Assembly (NCBI RefSeq): GCF_006345805.1 | Contig: NC_042998.1 | Span: forward strand, 96,100,001-96,164,000 | DNA from: Octopus sinensis | Taxonomy: Eukaryota | Direction of reading: 5' to 3' | DNA length: 64,000 bases | Part shown: positions 12,708-26,147 of the stretch, piece by piece | How the letters are laid out: the number at the start of each line of letters is the position of its first letter | Position numbering within the stretch: the stretch's first letter is position 1 | The notes under the pieces: model-generated | Databases searched by the model: none | Seen by the model: only the letters and a program-made list of their open reading frames with translations | Told to the model about the DNA's origin: nothing | Position numbers and translations under genes: made by a program

Positions 12708-13509
12708 TTGTCTGTCTGTCTGTTAATCTGTCTTAATATATGTATATATGAGTAACAGTCTGGAAAATTTACAGACTGATGTGTTGTGCTTTCGTATCCG
12801 CTTCAGATATTTCATGGTGTATTTAAACAAGACGAGTTATCTAACAATGGGCCTGGCTATTTGTAGAAAATATGTAAAAAACCGGAGAAATAGAGATTTA
12901 ATAAGAGCGCCAGTGTATGTATGTGTGAGTGGATGTAAATGATCACACACTCAGACACTCTCACACACACACACAAATATTTTATATCAAGAGTATTATG
13001 CAAGCGTTAGCATTATTATGCAAGTATATATATTGACAATTAGAATCTATATCAAATTAAACATACATATAAACACAATGCACTGCAACATTACAACCGA
13101 CATTTTATTCTGCACCAACGAACCTTTTCCCCCAGATCCGCTTTCACAATAAGAGGAACTAAAAGCAACAAATTTTAAACAACTAATACAATCAGTCAGA
13201 CTGGTTTTTGAACAACCGTTATTTACAATAGTTGACGAAATATATTTTTTTCTATAATGCTAGGTGACGGCTCATAAAACAACAAACTAAAGCTGAACCG
13301 GTGTAAATCCTTTGCCAGCATCTGTCTTGATTATTCGTGCTTATATTGCATAACCTGTTCTGACCAATCAGTCGAAGGATGTTAAGGGTAAATCGATAAA
13401 TAAAGCAACGACAAACGACGTAGTTTGCTGTCTGTTTCAACTGATGGTTTGTATGTAAGCAATAAATGGTTTTTGGTACAGTAAACAAGGGGGAGTGGGA
13501 GAAAAGGAA

Positions 13510-13562
<53 letters not shown>

Positions 13563-13993
13563 ATATATGTACGTACGGAGTGAGAGAGGAGGGAGAGAGA
13601 TGGGCTATATGGATGCGTGAACGGGAAAGAGAAGAATATAGAAAATTACTATAGGCGAATGATAGAAAGGAATAAGGGAGTGGGGTAAAATTATGGATGA
13701 CGCAATGAATGGGTATGTTGATGACTGAGTGAGGAGGAAACTATTACAGGGGTATGAGAAAGCGAGAAAGATAAGATTATGATGAATGCTTGAAGGAAAG
13801 GAAAAGGGGTTGGTAGATATGTAAGTAGGCAGGTAGGGGGTTTATGGGCACACGCACACACACACATACATACAAACACACATACATACACACACACATA
13901 CAAATACACACGCACGAACACATACGTATGTATGTATTTATATATATATATATATACATATAAATATAATCATATACATACATACATACATAC

Positions 13994-14078
<85 letters not shown>

Positions 14079-14558
14079 CATAGCAATATCAGCGACAAGC
14101 AGTGTTAAGGTATATGAGAACTCAGGTTAGTGAAATATGCTTGTGACATATTTCAAATTCTATAGGCAAATTCACTGCAGCTACTGTGAAGAAAATATTC
14201 TCTCTTATGGTAAAAAATAAAGGTGTAAAAACACTACATCGGTCCAGTGCTACCTCCTATCGGTTTCCGAGACATGTTTCTGACTAACCTAAAGTCCGTT
14301 TATGCCTGAATACTGCTTGGCGCTGATATGGCTGCAATTTTTTCTGACCTGACGGTCTAATGGTAGACGCCAGTCAATGTTGATGGCTGCATTTTAGTTA
14401 AAGCTACGACTTTAAATAATTCTGTCCAGAGTTGGTTCTCTTCGGTATTTCTCTTTGGCCGTTATCAATGAGAGAAAAAAAAGGAGAAAAAAAAGATGAA
14501 GACAGGTGTGTAAACAACAAGGAGATGTATTAGTTTAACGCTTGGGAAGTGAGATAGT

Positions 14559-14594
14559 CTTTTACGTTTCGAGCCTACGCACTTCGACAGAAAG
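14559..14594 (-). ncRNA. Minimal hammerhead-like motif with variant core CUGUCGA
   Basis: Minus strand CTTT CTGTCGA A GTGC GTAG GCTC GAAA CG TA AAAG, within a repeat (about 14470-14625) that also occurs at 17140-17272. Confidence 0.5.
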
Positions 14595-14966
14595 GAACAC
14601 AGAAATAAACAGGGAGAGAAAATAGAAAAAGGTTTACATATGTATGTATGTATGTATGTTTGTATGTATGTATGTATGTATGCATGTATGTATGTATGTA
14701 TGTATGTATGTATGCATGTATGTATGTATGTATGTATGTGTATTTCTGTGTATGTGTGTATGCCCCCACACATACATCCACATGCGTACACACATGACAA
14801 CAAGTACTCTCTTGTCATTAAAAGCCACAATTACCTCTCACTCTTCCAGTTAGTCAGAAGACAAACATGTGATGTGATCCACGTGCGTATTTTTCCTGCT
14901 CTCTTTTGTTACTTTATTTCCTCTTTTCCTTTCCTCTCTTCTTTTTCTCTCCCTGGACTTTTTTCT

Positions 14967-15003
14967 AGTATCTGATGAAGGACTGTGTCCGAAACGTTAT
15001 GCT
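14967..15003 (+). ncRNA. Minimal hammerhead-like motif
   Basis: AGTAT CTGATGA A GGAC-TGT-GTCC GAAA CG T T ATGCT; stems I and II pair, but position 17 would be U. Confidence 0.5.
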
Positions 15004-15277
15004 TTCTATAACTATTACATTATAAGTTTGTTTTCATTCTTTCAGCGTCAAGCTAATAATATTAACTGTCAACGACCCAGAGGTGCTTCAATATAAAAAC
15101 GAGTGGAATATGCTTCACTGAAGAAGGAACGAGGCGATTGGATATGGCTGTTTGGACGTTGGTGATTTGACACGGCTGACTGGATAGAGAACTTGTTTTG
15201 ACAACTATACGTTTTGGAACAGGTGACAAGGAGACATATATGCATACACAGAAATATACATATACAGATAGATAGAT

Positions 15278-15319
<42 letters not shown>

Positions 15320-15987
15320 GGGAAGGGAAAAAGGAAGCCACAATTTACTGAGCACCGGTGACGTAAACACTTTCCCTCTCTTCATACACATAAAGAGAAA
15401 TATAATTACACACACAGAGAGAGTGGAGAGGATAACGAGAGAATGTCAAATAAGTCAATGTCGAATCAGCGCCGCCAAATAAGTGGCGGTAAAACGGCTA
15501 TGCCAAAACATTCCACACTCAACTGAGTAGGTGTAGTAAAACTGAAATAGGCAAGATATACTTTCACCATTTTGCTTTTGAGATCAGATCCTTTCTAATG
15601 ACTTTTGTCTATAGTATTCCAAAGACCATTGCCTATAGTATCCCTTGGTTGTTCGGACATTTTAAGTATATGCAGAGGGAGATTTTGTCCATTGGCTGCT
15701 TGGATAATCCCAACAGAACTAGGTGTTTCACCTAACTATGTATTACATATGTAAGACTTACCCACTCTGGGTATGTGTATTTAACTTAAAAAACAATTTC
15801 TTGGTGTATTTTGAGCCAGCTTTTTTTCTTGTGAGGCATCACACGTACACATTCTATAAAGACATACAACTCACATATACACACACATACACACGCACAC
15901 ACACAAACGCACGCACACACACAAACGCACGCACACACACGCACGTACTCACACGCACAAGCACACACATATATATATAGAGAGATG

Positions 15988-16031
<44 letters not shown>

Positions 16032-16115
16032 GAAACAGAGACAGGCAGACAGATGGACAGAGCGAGATAGATAGACAGACGGACAGAGTGAGAGAAACAG
16101 GCAGACTGACAGATG

Positions 16116-16155
<40 letters not shown>

Positions 16156-17145
16156 GAAACAGAGAGACAGAGAGACAGACAGACAGATAGGCAGACCGAC
16201 GGACAGAGTGAGAGAGATAGACAGAAGACAGTGAAAGAAGCGAAGGCTGAAAAAGCCAGAAGTGTGAAAGAGAAGGCGGTAGAGAGAGAGAGAGACAGAG
16301 AAAGAGGAAGAGAGAAAGAGATAGATAGATAGATAGATAGAGATAGAGAGAGAGAGAGAGAGAGAAAGAGACAGAGCAATATTCAGAGAATGTAAACATG
16401 AAAAGATATTTTGATATAATTGATGTATGTTTACAAATTAACAAAAGATAAAAATAATAATAATATGTATGCATATCTTTACTGTCTATCATCCCGACTT
16501 ATTCATCCATTGCAGCAGCAGCAGCAACAGTAGTAGTAACAGTAGTGGGTGTTATTGATGATGTTTGTAAAGGAGACGTCCATGACAGTGACAACGATGA
16601 CGATTACGATGACAGCGACGGCAACGATGACGTCTAAAATGGCGGCGACGTCAATTATCAGTTTTTGTAGCCAGTGTTGACATTGATTAGAGCAGGAAAT
16701 TAGAGCAATTTGCCGATTAACTTCCAACCAATCTAACAGCATTATTTTTTGGGAAAATACCATTTACAATAGACTTTGTTCATGATATCTCATCAGTTTA
16801 GTGAATACCCGACGAATGCAGTGAAACAGCAGCACCGCCCTCAGTCTATGTAGAGAATGACCGAAATATATGGCATATGATATAAATAAATGGAAAGAGA
16901 AAGCAAGTGAGAGAGAAAAAGAGAAAGGGAGAGAAACAGACATGGAGACAGACAAAAAAAGATAAAGATAGGCAGACAGAGACAGGGGAGTGTGTGTGAG
17001 AGTATTTAGGAAATTACTTGATACGGTTATAATATTTAGAGAAAGATTTTTTCAAAAAGTTAAGATTAAGAAAGAATCTTTTTAAAGAGTAGAATGGTAC
17101 TAACCTTTAGGAATGAATTTCACAAATCGTATTTAGACTTTATTT

Positions 17146-17181
17146 CTTTCTGTTGAAGAGTGTAGGCTCGACACGTAAAAG
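17146..17181 (+). ncRNA. Minimal hammerhead-like motif, mutated copy (CUGUUGA, GAAA>GACA)
   Basis: CTTT CTGTTGA A GAGT GTAG GCTC GACA CG TA AAAG; host repeat ends at (TA)n near 17272. Confidence 0.4.
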
Positions 17182-17267
17182 ACTTCTTCATTTTTCCGAG
17201 CATCTAACTAATACACTTGCTTGTTGTTCATACACCTATCATTGTCATTCAGTTTTCTATAAATTTC

Positions 17268-17354
<87 letters not shown>

Positions 17355-18390
17355 GTGTATATGGTGTTTTGTTTTCAGTTAGGGGGTTTTAAATTTCACT
17401 CTATGACAAATCTTTGATAAGACAAAGAAGACAGAAATGTGAGAACGGAAGCACCATTTCCTTTTTCTAAGTCTCATGGAAGATAATGGTAAATCTTTAT
17501 TTCCTGTCCCGATCACGAAAGGCTGTATAAGTTGTTAGATTTTCTTAATTTTGGTACAAGGTCAGAAATTTTGAAGGGATGGGCAAGTCGATTACAGTAC
17601 TCAACTAATGATTTATGGTATCGACCACAACGGCGAAAGGACAGCAAAGTCGAACTTGGCAGCATTTAAATCCAGAATGTAAAGAGCCGGACGAAATGCC
17701 GCTCAGCATTTTCTTCTCATAACGCGAAACATTCTAAATTTCAACTTCTAGAATAACCTTGTGTCCTCTTAACAATATTGTGTACGTGGATGTTTTTCCT
17801 TTCCAGTTGCTCTCGTTTCTATTAATATCAAGAGAAGATACTAATCCATCACACATTGATATGATGGGTGAATAAAGAAATGTAGATAAGCAATACAGTC
17901 GTGAAAATGTGAGTGCCGATAGCATTCTTGCCTAAAGTTGTTAATTTTATTTATATAAAATCAAATGTCATAAATCAAAATATTCTTGCGAAAACTTTAC
18001 TATTCTAAGCTGATTATTTTTACAGTAACAACAACTTGACACTTGATCCTTCAAACAAAACTACTAAAAATAAAACGAACATGATCTGTCTCGAAATGAT
18101 CTTTTCCGTCGCCCAAACATAACGTGTACCCCGCAACCACCACCACCACAATAACAATAATAATGGTGTCAAATGTTGGCTCAAGGTCAGCTATTTCAAG
18201 CGACGAGGTAAGGGCGGAATTTGAACTCAAACGTAAAGGCGCTAAGCGTTTTGCCTGGTATGTTAACGATTCTCCCAGCCCGTCGCCTCAATAATAATGA
18301 TGGTGGTGATGATGATGATGATGATGATGATAATGATGATGATAATGATGATGATGATGCTTTCTTTTGCCGCCAATATAATAATAATAA

Positions 18391-18439
<49 letters not shown>

Positions 18440-18446
18440 GAATAGT

Positions 18447-18540
<94 letters not shown>

Positions 18541-19254
18541 TAGTAGCAATAATAATAATATTAATAAATTGTTCGTATTAAAATACTGCAAAAATTGACA
18601 ACGAAAAATATAAAAACAGAACAAACCTTTCAAAGACCATTTACTGATAACAACTGACATTGCTTTTGTTGTTAGTCATAAGCATTGCTTGAAAAATTCC
18701 CAGAAAACAAAATAACTCACTATACATGCTAAGAAGATAGTTACTTTCCTTTGTATTAACAGCCATGAGAGGGCGATAGGCATGCTGAAAATATAGTTTA
18801 ATTTACAAAATATGAAAGAAGTACTCTTGTTTTTTTCATAAAATCATGTATTCTAATCCATCAGTGTCGTGCAGTCATCTGCTTACAACTGTAAACTACC
18901 TAAATAAAACGAGGGGTTGTTATTTCAAGCATGTTAACGGTTGCATGCAATGCAATTGTTTGACATGCTTGAAATAACAACTAAGGCCTCTCAAGTTCCC
19001 TAGTGTCTTAAAACAGAATGAATACGTAGGACAATGTCTTTTTTTAATTTTATCTTTTAAGCAAATGATAGGCTGTGCCCATAACATTTTACAGGACACA
19101 GCGGACTATTTTGAGAAAGGGAAGAAGATATCCGCAAACTGGAACCTCGCTCCAAGGCTTAAAAGGGAACTCCGCTAAAGTTACCCAAGTGGTGAAGTTA
19201 AACTGGATGACGGATTAAGTCTGTCACCCCAGAAGGCCATGGTGACCTTTCAAC

Positions 19255-19385
19255 TCAGAACTTAAAGAGCCAGAACAAATACCGCCAGGGGTCCGACGTT
19301 CTTGAGCTTTTACAAATCCACCGCCCTTGAACTGGTACATTTTTATCGATCCTGAAAGGATGAAAGGTAAAATCGAACTCGGCGT

Positions 19386-19418
<33 letters not shown>

Positions 19419-20125
19419 TAATAATAATAATAATAATAACCTTCTCTATTATAGGCACAAGGCCTGAAATTTGGGGGAGGGAGATGGTCGATTACATTGA
19501 TCCCAGTACTCACCTGGTACTTAATTTATCGACACTGAAAGGATGAAAGGCAACGTCGCTACGTTCTGAGTTCAAATTCCGCCGAGGTCGACTTTGCCTT
19601 TCATCCTTTCGGGGTCGATTAAATAAGTACCAGTTACGCACTGGGGTCGATATAATCGACTTAATCCGTTTGTCTGTCCTTGTTTGTCCTCTCTGTGTTA
19701 AGCCCCTTGTGGGTAGTAAAGAAATAGGTATTTCGTCTGCCGCTACGTTCTGAGTTCAAATTCCGCCGAGGTCGACTTTGCCTTTCGTCCTTTCGGAGTC
19801 GATAAATTAAGTATCAGTTACGTACTGGGGCTCGCTGTAATCGATTAGCCTCCTTCCTCCAAAATTTCAAGGCCCTGCGCCTAGAGTAGAAATAATTATT
19901 AAGGTAGCAAGCTGGCAAAAACGCTAGCACGCCGGGCAAAATGATTAACGGCATTTCGTCCGTCTTTACGTTCTGAGTTCAAATTCCGTCGAGGTCGATT
20001 TTGCCTTTCATCCTTTCATCCTTTCGGGATTGATAAATTAAGTACCAGTGAAACACTGGAGTTGATGTAATCGACTAGTCCCCCTCCCCTCAAATTTCTG
20101 GCCTTTATGCCTTTAATAGAAAGGA
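19255..20125. mobile_element. Cluster of at least five family A SINE pieces in both orientations
   Basis: Core GAGTTCAAATTCCGCCGAGGTCGAC..CTTTC near 19567, 19752 and 19975 (+); minus pieces at about 19330-19385 and 19440-19551. Confidence 0.9.
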
Positions 20126-20730
20126 TTATCATCATCATTATTATTGTTGTTGTTGTTGCTTTGCCATACATTTCATTTACATCTACACCCATTACTTGGT
20201 ATTTCTGCCAGCCTTGCTTTGTTGTGTCTGCCAAACTGTGGTTCTGTTATGCTGGTGCATTTTCATTTATGAAATATTGAATTACATTGTTAAATGACAG
20301 TTGTTCTCGGCTCTTGGAAAGGTTACGGCAAACTTGTGAGGAACCGTAGTGTGCTTTTACGGGAAATGGAAGACAGAGAGGAAGTAGAAATATAAGGTAT
20401 GGGGTGGATTAGGGTGCTTGCAAGAAATCAGCAGGTAAACAGACCTGTCAGTGAAAACGGATGCAATACCAAGGTAGTAATTATGCCAATGTTTTGGAGA
20501 TTGATATTGTTATTTTTGTGATGAGAGAGATGAGAGAAAGACTGGGGAGGAGAGAGGGAAAATGGGGACAAAGAGAGAATTAGGTAGGAAAGAGAGCCGG
20601 TGACAGAAAGAAGGAGAGAGAGAGGGGGGAAATGAATAACGTGAGAGAGAATAACGTGGAAATGAATGAATAATATAAACATATATGTACAATACTGCTA
20701 CTTCTATTACAACGGCCGCTGCTGCTGATG

Positions 20731-20779
<49 letters not shown>

Positions 20780-20966
20780 AAATAATAATAATAATAATCT
20801 ATATATTTGTTTTTTTTTCCTTTCCATATTGTAGGGACTGTCAACATCAACAACGTAAATGGAAATGTAAACAATATTTAATTCGGAAAAAAAATCAAAC
20901 GTCAAAAACACTGACTGCATAAATTACAATTAGTGCTTAACAGTAAGCATGGTTAGATTACCGTAA

Positions 20967-21178
20967 TACTCTTTTACTCTTTTACTTGTTTCAGTCATTT
21001 GACTGAGGCCATGCTGGAGCACCGCCTTTAGTCGAGCAAATCGACCCCGGGACTTATTCTTTGTAAGCCCAGTACTTATTCTATCGGTCTCTTTTTGCCG
21101 AACCGCTAGGTGACGGGGACGTAAGCACACCAGCATCGGTTGTCAAGCAATGCTAGGGGGACAAACACAGACACACAA

Positions 21179-21237
<59 letters not shown>

Positions 21238-21393
21238 TACGACAGGCTTCTTTCAGTTTCCGTCTACCAAATCCACTCACAAGGCATTGGTTGGCCCGGG
21301 GCTATAGCAGAAGACACTTGCCCAAGATGCCACGCAGTGGGACTGAACCCGGAACCATGTGGTTGGTTAGCAAGCTACTTACCACACAGCCAC
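20967..21393 (-). mobile_element. tRNA-derived SINE family B, near full length, with internal (TA)/(CA) microsatellite
   Basis: Minus head GTGGCTGTGTGGTAAGTAGC..GGTTCAGTCCCAC, tail (TAAAAGAG)n. Other copies or pieces at about 1-186(+), 8125-8545, 26300-26530, 31245-31645, 37300-37420(+), 37578-37950, 40785-41070, 50095-50455. Confidence 0.9.
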
Positions 21394-22177
21394 ACAAACA
21401 GTTAGGATTGAAGCCACAGTGGCATTAAAGAAATATACTGAAAATAAAAAAAAAAATTCTTCAAAATTTTAACATTCAAAACGAAAGAAACGGAATCAAA
21501 TTATCGTTGTAAATGACTATCTAGTATCTTCTAGATGTTTTTAACGTTAGCTGAACAATTTGTGCAGAAACCTTGAATGCTACTTTCATTTTTACAATTT
21601 TATTTTCATAATCCTACGAAACATTTTACAAACATGTGAAAGAATACATGCATAAAAGTTTCCCTTAATTTAGTTCTTTTCGATTGAAACACTTCATTTA
21701 ACAATCTTAAAATGTAAACTTCATAGGCTGCTTGTGCTCAAATTGCATCATCTTTCAATTTGAAAGTTGATGCAATACGTGCAGAAGCAACCATTCGCTT
21801 CAGTCAAGGTGATGTTTACAACTGACGCAATTCACGGCTCACTAATATTGATTGCAGATTACACTCATTATAGTTGGCTGTGATGCAGTCCACTACATTT
21901 GCATGTTTCTCAAACGATAAATTTGAGCAATCTTATTATTAGCTCTGGATGTAAGTCATAGTGTATAGCTAATTCTTAATTTGAATATATTTACAGCCAC
22001 TTCTTTCTATTATTGTTTAGTTTTTATTTGATTATGTTCTATTATAAAACATAATTAAATATATTTTATCAAATAAACAGTATATTTTTGAGGAGTCGGA
22101 GTTAGCTGTTTTTCAACGACTTCGACTCTGACTCCTAAAACACAAAAATTGACTCGATTTCGACTCCAACTCCACAG

Positions 22178-22399
22178 CAATTTCCTGTCAAGCCAGCTGT
22201 TGCCTTGACGTGCAACAAGGCACAAGGACAAACTTTTGAGCAAATTGGAATATATCTTCCAACACAATTCTTCTCACATGGTCAGCTGTATGTTGTATTA
22301 TCTAGAGTTCGAAAGAAGGCTAATATAAAAATATTGGCTGAGAGAAATGGAAACAGTATGATTATTGACAATTGTGTCTACAAGGAGATACTACTTTAA
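22178..22399 (+). pseudogene. Helitron PIF1 helicase C-terminal remnant
   Basis: QFPVKPAVALTCNKAQGQTFEQIGIYL..FFSHGQLYVVLSRV...NCVYKEIL matches QFP..AMTINKSQGQ..HGQLYVALSR..NVVYKEV. Confidence 0.9.
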
Positions 22400-23562
22400 A
22401 GCAAAATATGCTTTTTAACAAGTTTCAATAAATAGAATTAACACATAAATTATATGTAAAGTAACATATATTTGTGAGGAATTAAATCGTTTTGGCATAT
22501 TTCAACACATGCCGGATGAATGATATCGTTATATTAGATCATTTTAAATTTGGGTATATTTGAAAAAGTAAGGAAATGCCATTCCCATGTGTTCTCACAG
22601 CACCAAACTTACGTGTGTGTATGTGTGTGTGTGTATGTATGTGTGCGCGCGCGCGTATCTAGCTAGCTGTCTATGCGCAACTATCTAAGTTCTACTAATT
22701 ATTATTAATAAATATATAAAACAGATTGACTCAGCTATATATCTACATATAAATTTCTGTGATGTCCGTTAGTTAGTTAGTCACACCCTCAATAATAGGT
22801 TTGACTCTCTGGAAAAGTTTTATAAATTCCTCTATTAATAGAGGTGCTTTTGAAGCGTCTGTTATTATGTACTATCACAAATTTAAATATTTGTTGCTAA
22901 GCTTTACGTTCACTGCAGAGTAGGTTTAAAACATTTTATAAACAATATTAATATGTTCTGGCAAATTTTTTCATTTTCATTTGCAACACAGTCTCTCACT
23001 TTCTCTCTCTCTCCCACCTCTAATTGTTTTCATGAATAATAATCTACTTAATACATTTCAAGTTTTATTTCGTTATTTCAGATGAGGAAATCCGGTATTT
23101 TGTTCACTTAAATTCGCTGTATAAATGCCCTCAGTTCATTGTTTAAATATACTGAAAATAAATTATATTGGAAAACTTATTAAAATTTACTGAAGCTTCG
23201 AACTCATATGGCTTATTTCCTTTCCATCATTATCTAAGAATTAGCAAGTGAATTTGCTGATATGGCTGGTGGATACGATATCGGTAGTAAAATATCCCTA
23301 TGTGATCGCTGCTATTTTTTGGCACATTAAACGTAGTTGGACTACCTTGATGTTTGTTTAAAAAAGAGAGATTATGATTATGATACAATAACAAAAGCAA
23401 TATCTACTAAGCAAGTGAGCACTATAATACAAGAAAATAATTAAACATAAAATATCATAAAAATTAGTAGAATTGGGAATCAAATGTGGAAGTATTATCG
23501 AGTGGTTAGCAGAAATCCACCCGGAGGGCGGTCTTTCTGCTAGTAATAATAATAATCATTTC

Positions 23563-23995
23563 TACTATAGGCACAAGGCCTGAAATTTGTGGGAAGGGGG
23601 TATGTCAGTAACATCGACCCCAGTGTTTCACTGGTGCTTAATTTATCGACCCCGAAAGATGAAAAGCGAAGTCAAACTCGGCGGAATTTGAACTCAAAAC
23701 ATAAGGACAGATGAAATGCTGCTAAGCATTTTTCCCGGCGTGCTAACGATTCTACCAGTTCGCCGCTTTAATAATAATTCTTTCTACTACGAACATAGGG
23801 CCTGAATTTTTTGTGGGAGGGGGTTAGTCGACTATATCGACCCCATGTGCTCAACTGGTACTTATTTTATCGACCCCGAAAGGATGAAAGGTAAATTCGA
23901 CTTCGGCCGAATTTGAACTCAGAGCGTAAAGACGGATGGCATACCGCTAAGCAGTTTGACCGATGCGCAAAAAACTCTGCAAGTTCACCGCCTTC
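23563..23995 (-). mobile_element. Tandem pair of family A SINEs
   Basis: Two consecutive minus copies, about 23563-23770 and 23777-23995. Confidence 0.9.
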
Positions 23996-25025
23996 ACCAC
24001 CAGCAGCAGCAACAGCAGTAGCAATAGTAGCTGCAGCTACAACAAGAACAATTTCTTCCATCAATAGCTGTCAGAGTTGTTTTGTCTAGTTCTCCTTTAT
24101 AGTGGAATTTTACGAAGTGTAATTATGGAAAAAATATTTTTGTAAACACAAAAATAGAGATCTTAATTGTTTTGTATTAATTCCATCCTCACCCCTTGTT
24201 TTAGTTGAGGGAATTTATGATTTACGGAGAGAAAAAAATTCACTTCTGTCAGTAGTAAACAAACAAAATGGCTATTGCGTCTAAAACTGTTGCCTACTCA
24301 CAAAGGCTAATCGAACGAAAAAAAAAAACGTTTTAGACAGGAAACAGGAAAAGAAGAAAAAAGAAAAAAGAAAAGGAAAGAAATTTCTTAACAAAATACA
24401 TTTATTTCACAAATGAAAAATAATGAATTTCAGACAGAAAATGTCATCATTTTTGAACAATTTAAATTGATTCGAACAACAACAACAACAAACAAACAAT
24501 AACCGCAGCAGCGGCGTCAACAGCAATCCTGTACATAGACACGTATCACCAATCGAAGGATTGAAGGGTGAAATCGAATTGAAAGAGGGAAAATGCTTCT
24601 AGCTTCCTTCTTGCTCTAAAATTACCTCAGACGGTTGGGCCTTAAATACTAAAGAAGATATTGTGCAACAAAATGTGTAGTATTCAAAATGAGCGCGCGA
24701 CGAAAATCGACTGAACCGCTACGTTACACACATGGCCAGAAAGCTTGTTCTAGAATAGTTTAGACGGATTAGCACAAAGGTTACGATAAAGAGGTATTGG
24801 TAACGATGCTCTTCCTCGATTCATCATCGGTCTGATGGCGCACTATGGCCAGATGGCAAACGCCAAAATATCCAAAAGCAAACAATTGGCCTATTGGCTG
24901 AGTATGTGTGTGTGTGTATGTGTGTGTGTGTGTGTGTGTGGTGTGTGTGTGTGTGTGTGTATGCGTGTGTGTATATGGATACCTCTGCCCAACCAAATTT
25001 AAGGCCTTCTTCTTCTTCTTCTTCT

Positions 25026-25091
<66 letters not shown>

Positions 25092-25242
25092 AAGAACAAC
25101 AAGAACAACAACAACAACAACAACAACAACTACTACTACTACTACAAGAACAACTACAAGAACAACACACATATGTATAATTCGATACAATTGTGAATAA
25201 AGCTCAATATCCTGTGCGAAAAATTACGAGATAATATATATA

Positions 25243-25585
25243 TATATGCTGAGACCCCCTTTGGTCATGACTGACCGTGGGATTGCACCTGGAAAGTTAC
25301 CCACCCAGGTGCAAGTCCGAGCAAGGTTGTTTATGGAAGATCAGCAGTCGCCCATGCATACCGTTCTCCCCTCTCCACGCCACTAGTGTTATCCACGGGA
25401 AAGGCAACAGCAGATACAGCTTGGCACCTGCGACATCGCAACTCACTTCTGCAGCTGAGAGAACTGGAGCAACGTGAAATAAAGTGTCTTGCTCAAGAAC
25501 ACAACACGCAGCCCGGTCCGTGATTCGAACTCACAACCTCACGATCGTAAGCTCGACGCTCTATCCACTGAGCCATGCGTCTTCA
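25243..25585 (-). mobile_element. tRNA-derived SINE family D
   Basis: Minus head TGGCTCAGTGG..GAGTTCGAATC then GTGTTGTGTTCTTGAGCAAGACACTT; partial copies at about 800-918 and 45395-45598. Confidence 0.85.
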
Positions 25586-25706
25586 CACACACACACACAC
25601 ACACACATATATGTATGTTTGTATATATGTATATGTATATATATATTTATGTATGCATATATATATTTTATATATATATACATACATATAGATATATATT
25701 ATATAT

Positions 25707-25737
<31 letters not shown>

Positions 25738-26116
25738 TACATATATATATGTTTATATATGTATATATATATACATATATATCATCATCATATATATGTA
25801 TACATACATACATACAAATGTTTGTGTTTGTACGCATATATGTCTGTATGCATGTATGTTTATAAATATGCATATACACATACACACACATATGTACTGA
25901 TCACTGTAAGAAAGATTAAAATGATAAAATATTATGCAACTTTGTGAATTTGATTACAAAGAATGCTAACCCAAATTCGTGTGATGTAGAGACCACAACA
26001 ATTGAATTATAATTTGTAAATTATATTTTGAGATGCTTGCAAAAGGTAAATGCAGTGTATCACTGAATTATTTAGTATGCTACAGAAAACATCAGAGTAT
26101 ACAACAAAACACGCAC

Positions 26117-26147
<31 letters not shown>

